Virus record (IMG/VR): IMGVR_UViG_3300049489_000477
Location: 1 to 64,000 of that record
Strand: one strand, 5' to 3'
DNA length: 64,000 bases
Source: a virus
Shown here: in pieces, positions 1 through 9,368 of the stretch
Layout: every line of letters begins with the position of its first letter
Numbering within the stretch: position 1 is the first letter of the stretch
The notes under the pieces: generated by a model
What the model saw: the letters and a program-made list of their open reading frames with translations, nothing else
Databases searched by the model: none
What the model was told of the DNA's origin: nothing
Program-made: the position numbers and the translations under genes

Positions 1-1
1 A

Positions 2-982
2 GGTATCATAACATACTATGTACAAAACGGCGACTATGTTCGTAATTATGTTGTGTTATGTAAAGGAATGAATAATTGCACATACGCTCCATCTGGTCAA
101 TTTAAAGTCAATTTTACATCTTCATCCGAAATCATAAGACCAACCTCGCCATCAGCCGCATCAATGCCAACGACCGGATCATGGGGTCTGCCTGGTGGCT
201 GTGAATCGTGCATTGAAGTTCAAATAGATAATATTTTTGATGATTATAACTGGCAATACGCAAATATAGACGCTGTAAAAGCTGCCGCACAGCGATATGC
301 AGCATCTGTTCCTGCACCATCAACAGCAGATTCTTCAGCATATCCACCAGAATGTTGTCCAATCATTCCGTGTGCAAATACATCACCATCATCTCGTGGT
401 ACTCTTACGGGGCATTCTGCAACAAACGGGGCACCAGCTTATAGTGGTTGTACGACAACATTATCATTTAGTCTGAATACAGATAATCCGTGGTCTATTG
501 GCTCTGGTGCGCAGCCATGGGTGCCGCCTTCAAATGCAAGACCATGTAATTGGGTTGAACTTGAATTTGATAAGACTGTATATATGTCGCGTACCGCGTC
601 TCCAGGATGTGGTGGTTCGGTATCTCTTACAACGATGTATAGAGCTTATAAAAATAAAGGATCGGAAACTGCTTATGTGCTTGGTAATGTCACTATAAAT
701 GGAAGTGCTGCTTTTTATACCGATTATAGTCCGGGGTATACACCACCGTTGAGTAATATGCTTAATAGAATCTTTTATATTGGACATGTGGGTGATGCTC
801 CAAACTATTCTCCAGTTGCAGAAGAAGATTATCAATACATATCTTTATCACAGACACCGTATCGCATAAGGTTTGGTACATATTTTTCGGCTTGGTCTGG
901 ATATGATCTAAACAAACAAGGAGAAAATTGGGTAAGCGCAGAAATGGGAGTGAGTGCAATCCCTGTTACATTAATTGTATAA
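2..982 (+). CDS. Hypothetical Cys/Ser/Pro-rich protein, probably structural; 5'-truncated by the window edge
   Basis: The frame of ORF 53..982 is open back to base 2 (GIITYYVQNGDYVRNYVVLCK...), so the true start lies upstream. It heads a run of fibre-like genes. Confidence 0.6.
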   Translation, partial: GIITYYVQNGDYVRNYVVLCKGMNNCTYAPSGQFKVNFTSSSEIIRPTSPSAASMPTTGSWGLPGGCESCIEVQIDNIFDDYNWQYANIDAVKAAAQRYAASVPAPSTADSSAYPPECCPIIPCANTSPSSRGTLTGHSATNGAPAYSGCTTTLSFSLNTDNPWSIGSGAQPWVPPSNARPCNWVELEFDKTVYMSRTASPGCGGSVSLTTMYRAYKNKGSETAYVLGNVTINGSAAFYTDYSPGYTPPLSNMLNRIFYIGHVGDAPNYSPVAEEDYQYISLSQTPYRIRFGTYFSAWSGYDLNKQGENWVSAEMGVSAIPVTLIV

Positions 983-985
983 ATA
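978..985 (+). promoter_or_regulatory. T4-type late promoter TATAAATA
   Basis: Exact T4 gp55-dependent late consensus 18 nt upstream of the ATG at 1004. Confidence 0.7.
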
Positions 986-1003
986 CATATAAGAGAGTAA
1001 CTC

Positions 1004-2002
1004 ATGGCTGGATTAAACAACATTGGCTTATATATTACCAATACAACAGCCGCCGATGCTTCCGCAAATGTATCATCTAACCATTGGAGACTATTTTCTG
1101 TTGGATCTGTAGCTACATCTGGTGGTGTTTATGCCGTCGATAGCTCTGGTAGCATTTTAAGATTAAGCGGTAGTAGCGGTGGTGGTAGCGGATCTATAAC
1201 CGTTTCTGGTAATGCGGTTGTAAGTGATGTAACAACACTTCAGTTTTCTGGACTGACGGTATCTACGCCAAATGCTGGAATTGCTCTCGTATCTGCACCA
1301 AATTATGGTAATGATATCGCAGCATTAAGTGGCGCAGTAGACACACTTGACCTTCGTGTTGATACACTTGAATCGACAACCAACAACCATGAAGTCAGAA
1401 TTGATAACCTTGAAACATCTGTTACCACGGTTTCAAATTCGTTGGCTACGATCATGCAAGGATCAGTCACATGTAATCCGTCAAGTTATGTGTACACGGT
1501 TTCCCATCCAGCGGTTCCGTCAAATGCTGTATTCCCTATAGTATCAATGGTCATTCCAAATAGCGGATCTGTCTTATATGTGCAAGGCGTAACCAACAGA
1601 ACAACGACAAGTTTTGATGTCATCATTTCAGAAACACCAACCATCACTGGTTATGCTATTAACTGGACCATCCCATTAAGCGGATCTGCGGTGGTTGTCC
1701 GCGCATATGATGTTTCAGTAACTAACATGATCAGCGGATCATATTCTCCAAATGCTGGGGCGTATGATACATTTGAATTGATTTACTCAAATGCGGTAAC
1801 TGTCAACCAGCCAACATCCATGGCAGCGGGTCAGACCATAAACATCATAACCAGATCCATCAGTGCAAGTAGTTCTCTGACATGGAGCGGTTATTTGTTC
1901 CCAGGAACTCCACCGGTTGCCACATCTGGCGGAACGGACATATACACCGTACTAAGAGCCGGTTCAAATTACTATGTAACATATGCCCAAATGTTTGGAT
2001 AA
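1004..2002 (+). CDS. Fibre/appendage-like virion protein (short coiled coil + shared ~70-aa beta module + C-terminal beta domain)
   Basis: Gly/Ser/Thr-rich; heptad segment LDLRVDTLESTTNNHEVRIDNLETSV; module QGSVTC...YVQGVTNRTTTSFDVIIS...GYAINW shared with other genes in the window; late promoter upstream. Confidence 0.6.
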   Translation: MAGLNNIGLYITNTTAADASANVSSNHWRLFSVGSVATSGGVYAVDSSGSILRLSGSSGGGSGSITVSGNAVVSDVTTLQFSGLTVSTPNAGIALVSAPNYGNDIAALSGAVDTLDLRVDTLESTTNNHEVRIDNLETSVTTVSNSLATIMQGSVTCNPSSYVYTVSHPAVPSNAVFPIVSMVIPNSGSVLYVQGVTNRTTTSFDVIISETPTITGYAINWTIPLSGSAVVVRAYDVSVTNMISGSYSPNAGAYDTFELIYSNAVTVNQPTSMAAGQTINIITRSISASSSLTWSGYLFPGTPPVATSGGTDIYTVLRAGSNYYVTYAQMFG

Positions 2003-2005
2003 TAC

Positions 2006-2650
2006 ATGGCAAACATGATCAGATCACCTGGGTTTGGACCAGCTTACTGGAAGAACCCGAATTCTTTACCGACATCAATGCCTATGTCTATGACATGGGA
2101 CAATATTTCTGAATTTGAAATTGTTGAGGCAAACACATTCAATGTAAATATGAATATTGGTGCTGCTAATGGTGGTGTAAAGACAAGAGGCTGGGATTAT
2201 GCCGTAACTATTGAAAACAATACGGATCCAACGAATGTAACCATAGCAAGTGGAACAGGAACACTGAATGCGGCTGGAAGTACGACTTTTACCGTATCAT
2301 TTCCAACATCAGCGTTCTTGGCAACCACCAATATGTCCGTTCCATCGTTAACTGAACTTGAAAATAAATTTGGACCTATTCGTGCTGGTGACAGTAATCC
2401 AAACAAATATTCGTCGCTGCTACGCAGCTTCGATAAACAACCAACTGCATATAGAAATGTATTGGTTGAAGAGATTGTCGATAATGTTGGTGTGTCACTT
2501 CCATCGATATTTGATTCATTTAATCCTCAATATAACAAATACGCTATTGTTTTTAAAATTGTCCGCTCAAACGCAACCGCGCCCGCCTTTTCGCTGACTG
2601 ACTATCGAGTATTGATTGTAAAATTCGCACCACTCATCGATATTGAGTAA
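2006..2650 (+). CDS. Hypothetical protein (probably structural)
   Basis: 214-aa ORF tightly coupled to the previous gene and followed by a terminator. Confidence 0.6.
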   Translation: MANMIRSPGFGPAYWKNPNSLPTSMPMSMTWDNISEFEIVEANTFNVNMNIGAANGGVKTRGWDYAVTIENNTDPTNVTIASGTGTLNAAGSTTFTVSFPTSAFLATTNMSVPSLTELENKFGPIRAGDSNPNKYSSLLRSFDKQPTAYRNVLVEEIVDNVGVSLPSIFDSFNPQYNKYAIVFKIVRSNATAPAFSLTDYRVLIVKFAPLIDIE

Positions 2651-2664
2651 ATTTACATATTTTT

Positions 2665-2697
2665 AAAGAACCAGGAATTTTTCTTGGTTCTTTTTTT
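2665..2697 (+). terminator. Rho-independent terminator
   Basis: AAAGAACCAGGAA-tt-TTTCTTGGTTCTTT hairpin followed by a T-run, just after the stop at 2650. Confidence 0.75.
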
Positions 2698-2718
2698 GTT
2701 TTTTATAATATAAAATTG

Positions 2719-2726
2719 TATAAATA
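2719..2726 (+). promoter_or_regulatory. T4-type late promoter TATAAATA
   Basis: Exact octamer 18 nt upstream of the ATG at 2745, directly after a terminator. Confidence 0.75.
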
Positions 2727-2744
2727 TGTTCAAAGGTGTGACTT

Positions 2745-3113
2745 ATGCCCTACGACAAGACCATTGGTGGTGACGATTTTACATTTGATGGAACTCTTAC
2801 TGCTACGCCTCAGACGATGTTTGATTTATTGTCGCCAGCCGATCAACAAGAACTTTTAGACGCTCTATTTAAAAATGGCAGAACAGATGGCATAAAGATA
2901 CGAGTAGCTGTCGATGGGTGGTTATATAGCACAAGCGATTTCTATACTTCACATAAAACTGGTGGCGCAGAAGAAACGATATTGGCGAATACTCGGTATC
3001 CTATGCCAGTTTATCAGTGGTGGCGCAAGCGTTTATTCCGTGGATTCGGTGGGCAGCCCGTCAAGATACGCATATTACTTTCCGCTAATTATGATAAAAG
3101 GAATGACTACTAA
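2745..3113 (+). CDS. Hypothetical protein
   Basis: 122-aa ORF with AAGGTG RBS-like sequence; stop overlaps the next start (TAATG). Confidence 0.65.
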   Translation: MPYDKTIGGDDFTFDGTLTATPQTMFDLLSPADQQELLDALFKNGRTDGIKIRVAVDGWLYSTSDFYTSHKTGGAEETILANTRYPMPVYQWWRKRLFRGFGGQPVKIRILLSANYDKRNDY

Positions 3114-4516
3114 TGGGCATGGGTATTCTTCCTAGCTATGGTTTTGGAAGCGGTGGTGGTTCGGGTTCGATAACCGGAACCTTATCTGGACTTTCTGATG
3201 TTTCGATAACATCGCCAGTATCGGCGCAGTTATTGTCATTTGGTAATGCTGGTAAGTGGGTAAATACAAATTTAACTAATATTCCAGCATTCGTTACACT
3301 ACAAGCCCAAGTTAACAGCATTTCAGTTTCTGGTTACACACCACTTGCAACAACAGCAGCTTTAACCGGCGCACTTCAATCGCAGATATCATCGGAAATA
3401 ACGAACCGTCAACTTGGTGATCAGAATCTCCAGCAGCAAATCAATGAAGTGGTTGCTGGTTCACATGTTGTATTTTCGGAACAACTCACAGGTAATGGAA
3501 TATCGACACACTATCAGTTAACCGGTGCTATTACCAATGGTCAATTCATTTCTGGTGGTTGGGCTGTCATCAATGTTCTTTCATCGCTTGAGTCAAACAT
3601 AACAGATGTAAATGGCAAACCAATTTATGACGCTGGTATCTTGTCATTATTCACCAGACACCGCATTTACATTGATAGTATCGATCTATCTGGTGGCGTT
3701 AATCTTGATTATGCTCCACAGAATTCCCAAGTTTTCAAGTTGTGGTATTGGTATGACTTACAAGGTACAGATCGTATCAATAATTACTATCGTGATGATT
3801 TTGTTGCGAAGATGGAGCAGAATGATGGTGATTTGGCAACCAATGTTGTCGCAAATATTGTAAACTTTAATAACATATTAAGCAACACCGATAACACCGT
3901 CCAGAAAGCTCTTGAAACACTCGATGATCATACACATCCAGAAATAGCTTCGATATCCGCATCGGTCATTAACCTTGGTAATACAAAACAAAATAATATA
4001 ACGCTTATTGGTGGTGCGAATGTCAGTATCGTTCAAGCACCAGCCGCTACATGGACCATCAGCGTCACTGGTGTCGGCTCCGCATCAATAGCCGCTGGTA
4101 CTGGTATATCAGTCACACCATCGGGCGCAGTCTCTGTTATTGCTGTAGTAGATTATATTGGTAAGACCGAAGTAGCTGCCATTTCAGCAAGCTTAGATAG
4201 TCGCATACAACTTGTGGACGCGAGTGTTGTTCACTTAACGGGAAATGAATCTATTTCGGGTTCTAAAAACTTTGCACAAACACCATCTGTTTCGGGTCTA
4301 TATACGGTTCTTCATACGGGTAATGCGTTCTATGAGCATTATCAAGCAACACCATCCTCGTTATGGATCGTCGCACACAATTTGAATAGGCATCCATCTG
4401 TAACGACAACGAATTTATCGGGTTATGTCATTATAGGAGATGTGACTTATATAAATAACAATATCGTCACGATCAGTGTACAACCAGCCAGGGCGGGATA
4501 CGCCTACTTTAATTAA
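3113..4516 (+). CDS. Tail fibre/appendage-like protein
   Basis: Fibre motifs LSGLSDVSITSP, YTPLATTAALTGALQSQI, VHLTGNESISGSKNF and C-terminal W-IV-HNLNRHPSVT...GDVTY domain typical of phage fibre ends. Confidence 0.65.
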   Translation: MGMGILPSYGFGSGGGSGSITGTLSGLSDVSITSPVSAQLLSFGNAGKWVNTNLTNIPAFVTLQAQVNSISVSGYTPLATTAALTGALQSQISSEITNRQLGDQNLQQQINEVVAGSHVVFSEQLTGNGISTHYQLTGAITNGQFISGGWAVINVLSSLESNITDVNGKPIYDAGILSLFTRHRIYIDSIDLSGGVNLDYAPQNSQVFKLWYWYDLQGTDRINNYYRDDFVAKMEQNDGDLATNVVANIVNFNNILSNTDNTVQKALETLDDHTHPEIASISASVINLGNTKQNNITLIGGANVSIVQAPAATWTISVTGVGSASIAAGTGISVTPSGAVSVIAVVDYIGKTEVAAISASLDSRIQLVDASVVHLTGNESISGSKNFAQTPSVSGLYTVLHTGNAFYEHYQATPSSLWIVAHNLNRHPSVTTTNLSGYVIIGDVTYINNNIVTISVQPARAGYAYFN

Positions 4517-4528
4517 AAGGAATATATC

Positions 4529-6802
4529 ATGCCAGAATTCGTCCAGACAGCAGACTTTACTAATTTACCAGTTGCAAACTTTGCTTTACAAAACTTTGCG
4601 CCTGCTGCCCCGGTAAGTGGATCGAAGTTTTTCGATCCGACCAACGGACACGAATATGTCTTTACGGGTACGGGTGGCTTAAGTGGTCAAGGCGTATGGG
4701 TAGCAACTGGTCAGATAGCCAATGTTGGTCCCGTATCGTCAACAACCAATAGCGACGGTACATTCACCGTAACTATCGCAGCCGCAACCCCATCAGCATC
4801 CGGTCTTATGTCGGCTTCTGACAAGACCAAGCTTGATGATGCGACAGCGACAGGAACTGCTGGCAAGATCGTATTGTGGAACGCTTCGAATGGATTGACC
4901 GCAAATGTAACAGGTAATTTGGCTGGAACCGCTAACAATGCCAACAACTTGAATGGTCAGCCTGGCAGCTATTACCTCGACCTTGCAAATAGTACCGGAA
5001 CATTGCCAACATCGGCTGGTGGTCTTGGTATTGATGTAAGTAGTGCTGGTAATGGTCAGATTCTCATTGGAAATGGTTCTGGTCTTTCGCTTAATGTTAT
5101 TTCCGCTGGTCCCGGTATATCGATATTGTCTGGTCCAGGCACAATAACAATCGCTGCAAATATTTCTGGAACAGTTGCTCCAGCAGATGCTTCCTATGTT
5201 GTTATCGGTACACATCCAACATTAACAAGTGAGCGTGTATTAACGGCTGCAAACAGCCAATTGACACTCACCGATGGCGGTGCGAATAGTGCAGTAACTC
5301 TCGGTCTTTCTGCTGTTGCAGTAGCTGGTGAGCAGCAACCAAAGGTAACCATAGACGAGTTTGGTCGTGTACTTTCAAGTACCGCTCTTACATCTGCTGA
5401 TATTCCTACGATACCAAAGAGTAAGATTGGTGACTTCGTAGAATCTGATTATGTCCACACAACTGGCAACGAAACAATTGGTGGAAACAAGACATTCTCC
5501 AATGCTGTGACGATAAATGGAGACTTGTTCGTATCGGGATCGACAACCACAGTCAGTTCACAGAGTCTTATTGTCAGCGACAATATGGTCGTTATCAACA
5601 GCGGTGAGCCTGGTGTCGGTGTCACGAACGTATCTGCTGGTCTACAAGTAGATCGTGGTCCTTCGGCTAATCCATACATCTTCGCATTCTTTGAAGATTC
5701 CGATACATTCCGTATCGGTGAGCCTGGTAGCTTCCAAGCCGTTGCAACACGCGCTGACACCATTGCCAACAACTCGCTTGTCAAGTGGGATGATGTTAAC
5801 AAGATACTTGTCGATACTGGTATAAATGCTGGAACAATTCTCACATCAGCATCATCATTGAATGGAGCCAATTTAATTCTTGGTTCTGTCGCCAACGATA
5901 AGCTCACCAATAGCAGCATCACCGTAGATGCCGGTGCTGGACTTGCTGGTGGTGGATCGGTTGCTCTTGGTTCATCAGTAACCGTAAGCTTGTCGCCAAC
6001 TGGTACTGCTGGAACATATACAAAAGTAACAACCAACATATATGGTCAAGTTGTATCGGGAACAACACTCACATCTGGTGATATCCCAGCCCATACACAA
6101 GCATGGTCAACCATTACCAATACACCAACAACATTGGCTGGATATGGAATAACAGACGCAGTAAATACAACTGGCGATCAGACCATCAACGGTGTAAAGA
6201 ACTTCGCTCTTACTCCAACCGTCAGTGGATCGTATGTTGTCTATCATACTGGTAACTTCGTCAATACTGGTGGTACGGTAACATCGGTAGCATTGACAGC
6301 ACCAACAGAAATATCTGTCGCTGGTTCACCAGTAATAAGTTCTGGAACAATTGCATTGACATGGGCTACTCAAGCATCTGGTGCGGTATTCGCTGGACCA
6401 ACTGCTGGTGCTGCAACAACCCCAGCATTCAGAAATCTTGTTGCGACTGATATCCCAGCCTTGGACTTCTCCAAGATCACAACAGGTATTGTTCCTGTCG
6501 CACAGGGTGGAACTGGTGCAGGATCAGCATCTGGTGCAAGAATATCATTAAGCATTGCAACCATTGCGGCTGCAACCATCGTGGGTGATGATGTAAACGA
6601 TACATTCGTCATAACCAACGTCTTCAATAATGCCGATGTGGTTGTCCAAGTCACAAGATCGGCTGGAGCGGTACTCGGAAATGTTGTCATCCCAACGATA
6701 AATATCGGTCAATCTTCACCATATGCTATTACCGTATCATTTGGTAAGAAGGTTCCAACGGGAACATCTTATCGCGTACAAATGGTCGGAGTTGGTGCAT
6801 AA
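4529..6802 (+). CDS. Long tail fibre-like protein
   Basis: Fibre motifs SGLMSASDKTKLD, GTYTKVTTNIYGQV, PTTLAGYGITDA, VHTTGNETIGGNKTF, GTVTSVALTAP, VAQGGTGA; AAGGA RBS. Confidence 0.75.
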   Translation: MPEFVQTADFTNLPVANFALQNFAPAAPVSGSKFFDPTNGHEYVFTGTGGLSGQGVWVATGQIANVGPVSSTTNSDGTFTVTIAAATPSASGLMSASDKTKLDDATATGTAGKIVLWNASNGLTANVTGNLAGTANNANNLNGQPGSYYLDLANSTGTLPTSAGGLGIDVSSAGNGQILIGNGSGLSLNVISAGPGISILSGPGTITIAANISGTVAPADASYVVIGTHPTLTSERVLTAANSQLTLTDGGANSAVTLGLSAVAVAGEQQPKVTIDEFGRVLSSTALTSADIPTIPKSKIGDFVESDYVHTTGNETIGGNKTFSNAVTINGDLFVSGSTTTVSSQSLIVSDNMVVINSGEPGVGVTNVSAGLQVDRGPSANPYIFAFFEDSDTFRIGEPGSFQAVATRADTIANNSLVKWDDVNKILVDTGINAGTILTSASSLNGANLILGSVANDKLTNSSITVDAGAGLAGGGSVALGSSVTVSLSPTGTAGTYTKVTTNIYGQVVSGTTLTSGDIPAHTQAWSTITNTPTTLAGYGITDAVNTTGDQTINGVKNFALTPTVSGSYVVYHTGNFVNTGGTVTSVALTAPTEISVAGSPVISSGTIALTWATQASGAVFAGPTAGAATTPAFRNLVATDIPALDFSKITTGIVPVAQGGTGAGSASGARISLSIATIAAATIVGDDVNDTFVITNVFNNADVVVQVTRSAGAVLGNVVIPTINIGQSSPYAITVSFGKKVPTGTSYRVQMVGVGA

Positions 6803-6807
6803 AACTT

Positions 6808-6816
6808 GATATAATA
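6808..6816 (+). promoter_or_regulatory. Extended -10 type promoter (TGATATAAT), near-leaderless
   Basis: TGnTATAAT five nt before the ATG at 6822. Confidence 0.4.
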
Positions 6817-6821
6817 CCAAT

Positions 6822-9365
6822 ATGCCCGAACTATATGATGTTATCGTACAATCCCCAGCAATAACAGCCAATGGATTTGAATTCAAATTCCAGAATGTTG
6901 GGGGCACGCTTGCATTATTGGGTGATGTAGCTGCTGTTTCTGGATCACTTGGTGGTCGAGTAGGAAATCTTGAACAAATAAACGAAGATACTAACGAACC
7001 AACAGGTTTCGTTGATCGTACTTCTTCTGTTTTATTGTTTAATAATTCTACACGAACATTCACCATTTCTGGAACATATGGTGTTTATTGTGACGGTGTT
7101 AAATTCACAAAGACCGGTGAAACACAAGTCATCAATAATACCCATGGTATGCATTTCTTCTATTATGATCCGAATGGTAACTTTACCTATAGTGACGGTA
7201 CGCCTTGGAGTATATTAGCACCAGATGCCATGATTGCTGCTGTATATTGGGACGCTCAAAGTCAGCTTGGCGTATTAATCGAAGAGAGACATGGTTGTAT
7301 TCTGGATGCAGCAACCCACTATTATAATCATAATCTGTATGGAACACAAAGATTAACAACTGGTGCTATTGGTGGATTCACCATTCAAGATAGTTTATCA
7401 AATTCTTCTGTACAACTCAATGTTGGTCCAACGACATTAGCCGACGAAGATATCATTTATACAACCGTAAGCAGCATGATTTCCGGTAGTTACCGGTTTG
7501 CTTATCGTTCTGGTGCGTCAAATTGGGTCGTTGGTTCAACAAGCATCGTTCCGTTCATGTATGATGGTACGAACATCATAAAATTCAATAGTGTATCTGG
7601 TGGCGTCTATTCGATGCAGGATATCACAACAGCAGGAACGAATACCTTCGTAAATTACTATATAGTCGCATCAACTTCCGTTTCTGGCGCATATAGTTAT
7701 ATGATAGTCCCAGGACAAGCAACATATGCCACACTATCGTTAGCTCAAGGTGAAGCATTCAATAATCTCAGTCTTACGAATTTCCCATTCATTGAATTCA
7801 ATGCCGTTTATCAGTTGACATTCCGCTATAGTAATTCTTATAGCGGCATCAGTGGTAGAGCAAGATTAGAGGCAAACCCAGTTTTGTTGGGATTGCGATC
7901 ATCGACGCAATCAGTAGCACCAGCATCTACACACAATGCTCTTGCCGGTTTACAGGGTGGAGTTGCTGGTGAGTATTTCCATCTGACTTCGAACCAATTT
8001 ATCGATTATATCGGAAGAACCGAAGTAGCATCCATATCAGCAAACTTTAATACGAGAATATCTGGTATAACTGGAGGCATCGGACAGCTTGATAGCCGCT
8101 ATGCTAATATAACCGGTGATACATTTATAGGTAATATTTCAACTCCAACGATTTCTATTACTGGATACGCATCATTTACTCCACAATTATCTGGTCAAGT
8201 TCCTTGGGCAGAAGGACGAGTCTTCTATGATGCTGATGACCAGACATTATGTTATTATAACGATAACGACGAAGTAAAAGTAAATATTGGTCAAGAAACT
8301 CTAATTCGTGTTGTCAATAAAACTGGTTCTGATATTCCAAATGGAAAAGTCGTTTATATCAATGGCGCACAAGGAAATAGACCAACAATCGATCTTGCAG
8401 ATGCTGATATGGACACGGCACATGATGTTGTTGGCGTAACAACATGTGCAATACCAGATAATCAGACTGGATATGTAACAACAGATGGTCTTGTACGAGA
8501 TGTTGACACCAACGGTTGGGTACAAGGAACTCAATTATGGCTCAGTCAGACTCCGGGTGAATATATTGATACTCCACCAATATCTGCTCATAAGGTGTAC
8601 ATCGCCAGAGTCATTAGACAAGGATTAACGGACGGTATAATACTTGTTGCTGTAGACAATGGTAAAGATTTATCACAGCTTCATGATGTATCGATTTCTG
8701 GTGCCAACATCGGTGACTTGTTGGTTTATAATGGAAGCTTCTGGACAAATAACTATAATATAACTAACTATGCGACAACATCAAGTGTCACATCAATATC
8801 TGCTAGTTTAAACACCAGGATAACATCACTTGAAACACAAACAAGCGGTATAACTGGTGGCATATCGCAGCTTGATAACCGATTTGCTAATATAGACGGT
8901 GATATATTTACTGGTAATGTAACAGTTCCGTCTATCAATATAACGGGAAGCTCATTCATAACACCAGATACTGTCGTATTATCTGGTGCAAGTCAGGATC
9001 TTGTTGTCCGTGGCGTCTCGACGGGAACCACATATGTCACCCTCGGTGTGAAAAACTCTGGAACTGGTGTATCAATACCAACAAACTCAGCGGTATCTTT
9101 CAATGTACAGTTTACTGGCATAAATACTAATGGATCTGGTCAAGTTGGCGCATTCATATTGACGGGTGTAATTCGTAACACGGCTGGAACAACAGCAATT
9201 CAAGGATCACCGACAACAACCATTATAAGCCGACCGGGAGTACAATGGGAAGTCCAAGCAATAGCTAACGATACAAGCGACACTCTTGAGATTCAAGCGA
9301 AAGGACCAACAGCAACAACCATAAAGTGGGCAGCTAAAGCAACTCTTGTGTGGATAGGACTATAA
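6822..9365 (+). CDS. Tail fibre/appendage-like protein
   Basis: Motifs HNALAGLQGGVAGEYFHLT, NKTGSDIPNGKVVYING...GLVRDVDT and LSQLHDVSIS...GDLLVYNGSFWTN are typical of large-phage fibre proteins. Confidence 0.7.
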   Translation: MPELYDVIVQSPAITANGFEFKFQNVGGTLALLGDVAAVSGSLGGRVGNLEQINEDTNEPTGFVDRTSSVLLFNNSTRTFTISGTYGVYCDGVKFTKTGETQVINNTHGMHFFYYDPNGNFTYSDGTPWSILAPDAMIAAVYWDAQSQLGVLIEERHGCILDAATHYYNHNLYGTQRLTTGAIGGFTIQDSLSNSSVQLNVGPTTLADEDIIYTTVSSMISGSYRFAYRSGASNWVVGSTSIVPFMYDGTNIIKFNSVSGGVYSMQDITTAGTNTFVNYYIVASTSVSGAYSYMIVPGQATYATLSLAQGEAFNNLSLTNFPFIEFNAVYQLTFRYSNSYSGISGRARLEANPVLLGLRSSTQSVAPASTHNALAGLQGGVAGEYFHLTSNQFIDYIGRTEVASISANFNTRISGITGGIGQLDSRYANITGDTFIGNISTPTISITGYASFTPQLSGQVPWAEGRVFYDADDQTLCYYNDNDEVKVNIGQETLIRVVNKTGSDIPNGKVVYINGAQGNRPTIDLADADMDTAHDVVGVTTCAIPDNQTGYVTTDGLVRDVDTNGWVQGTQLWLSQTPGEYIDTPPISAHKVYIARVIRQGLTDGIILVAVDNGKDLSQLHDVSISGANIGDLLVYNGSFWTNNYNITNYATTSSVTSISASLNTRITSLETQTSGITGGISQLDNRFANIDGDIFTGNVTVPSINITGSSFITPDTVVLSGASQDLVVRGVSTGTTYVTLGVKNSGTGVSIPTNSAVSFNVQFTGINTNGSGQVGAFILTGVIRNTAGTTAIQGSPTTTIISRPGVQWEVQAIANDTSDTLEIQAKGPTATTIKWAAKATLVWIGL

Positions 9366-9368
9366 CAT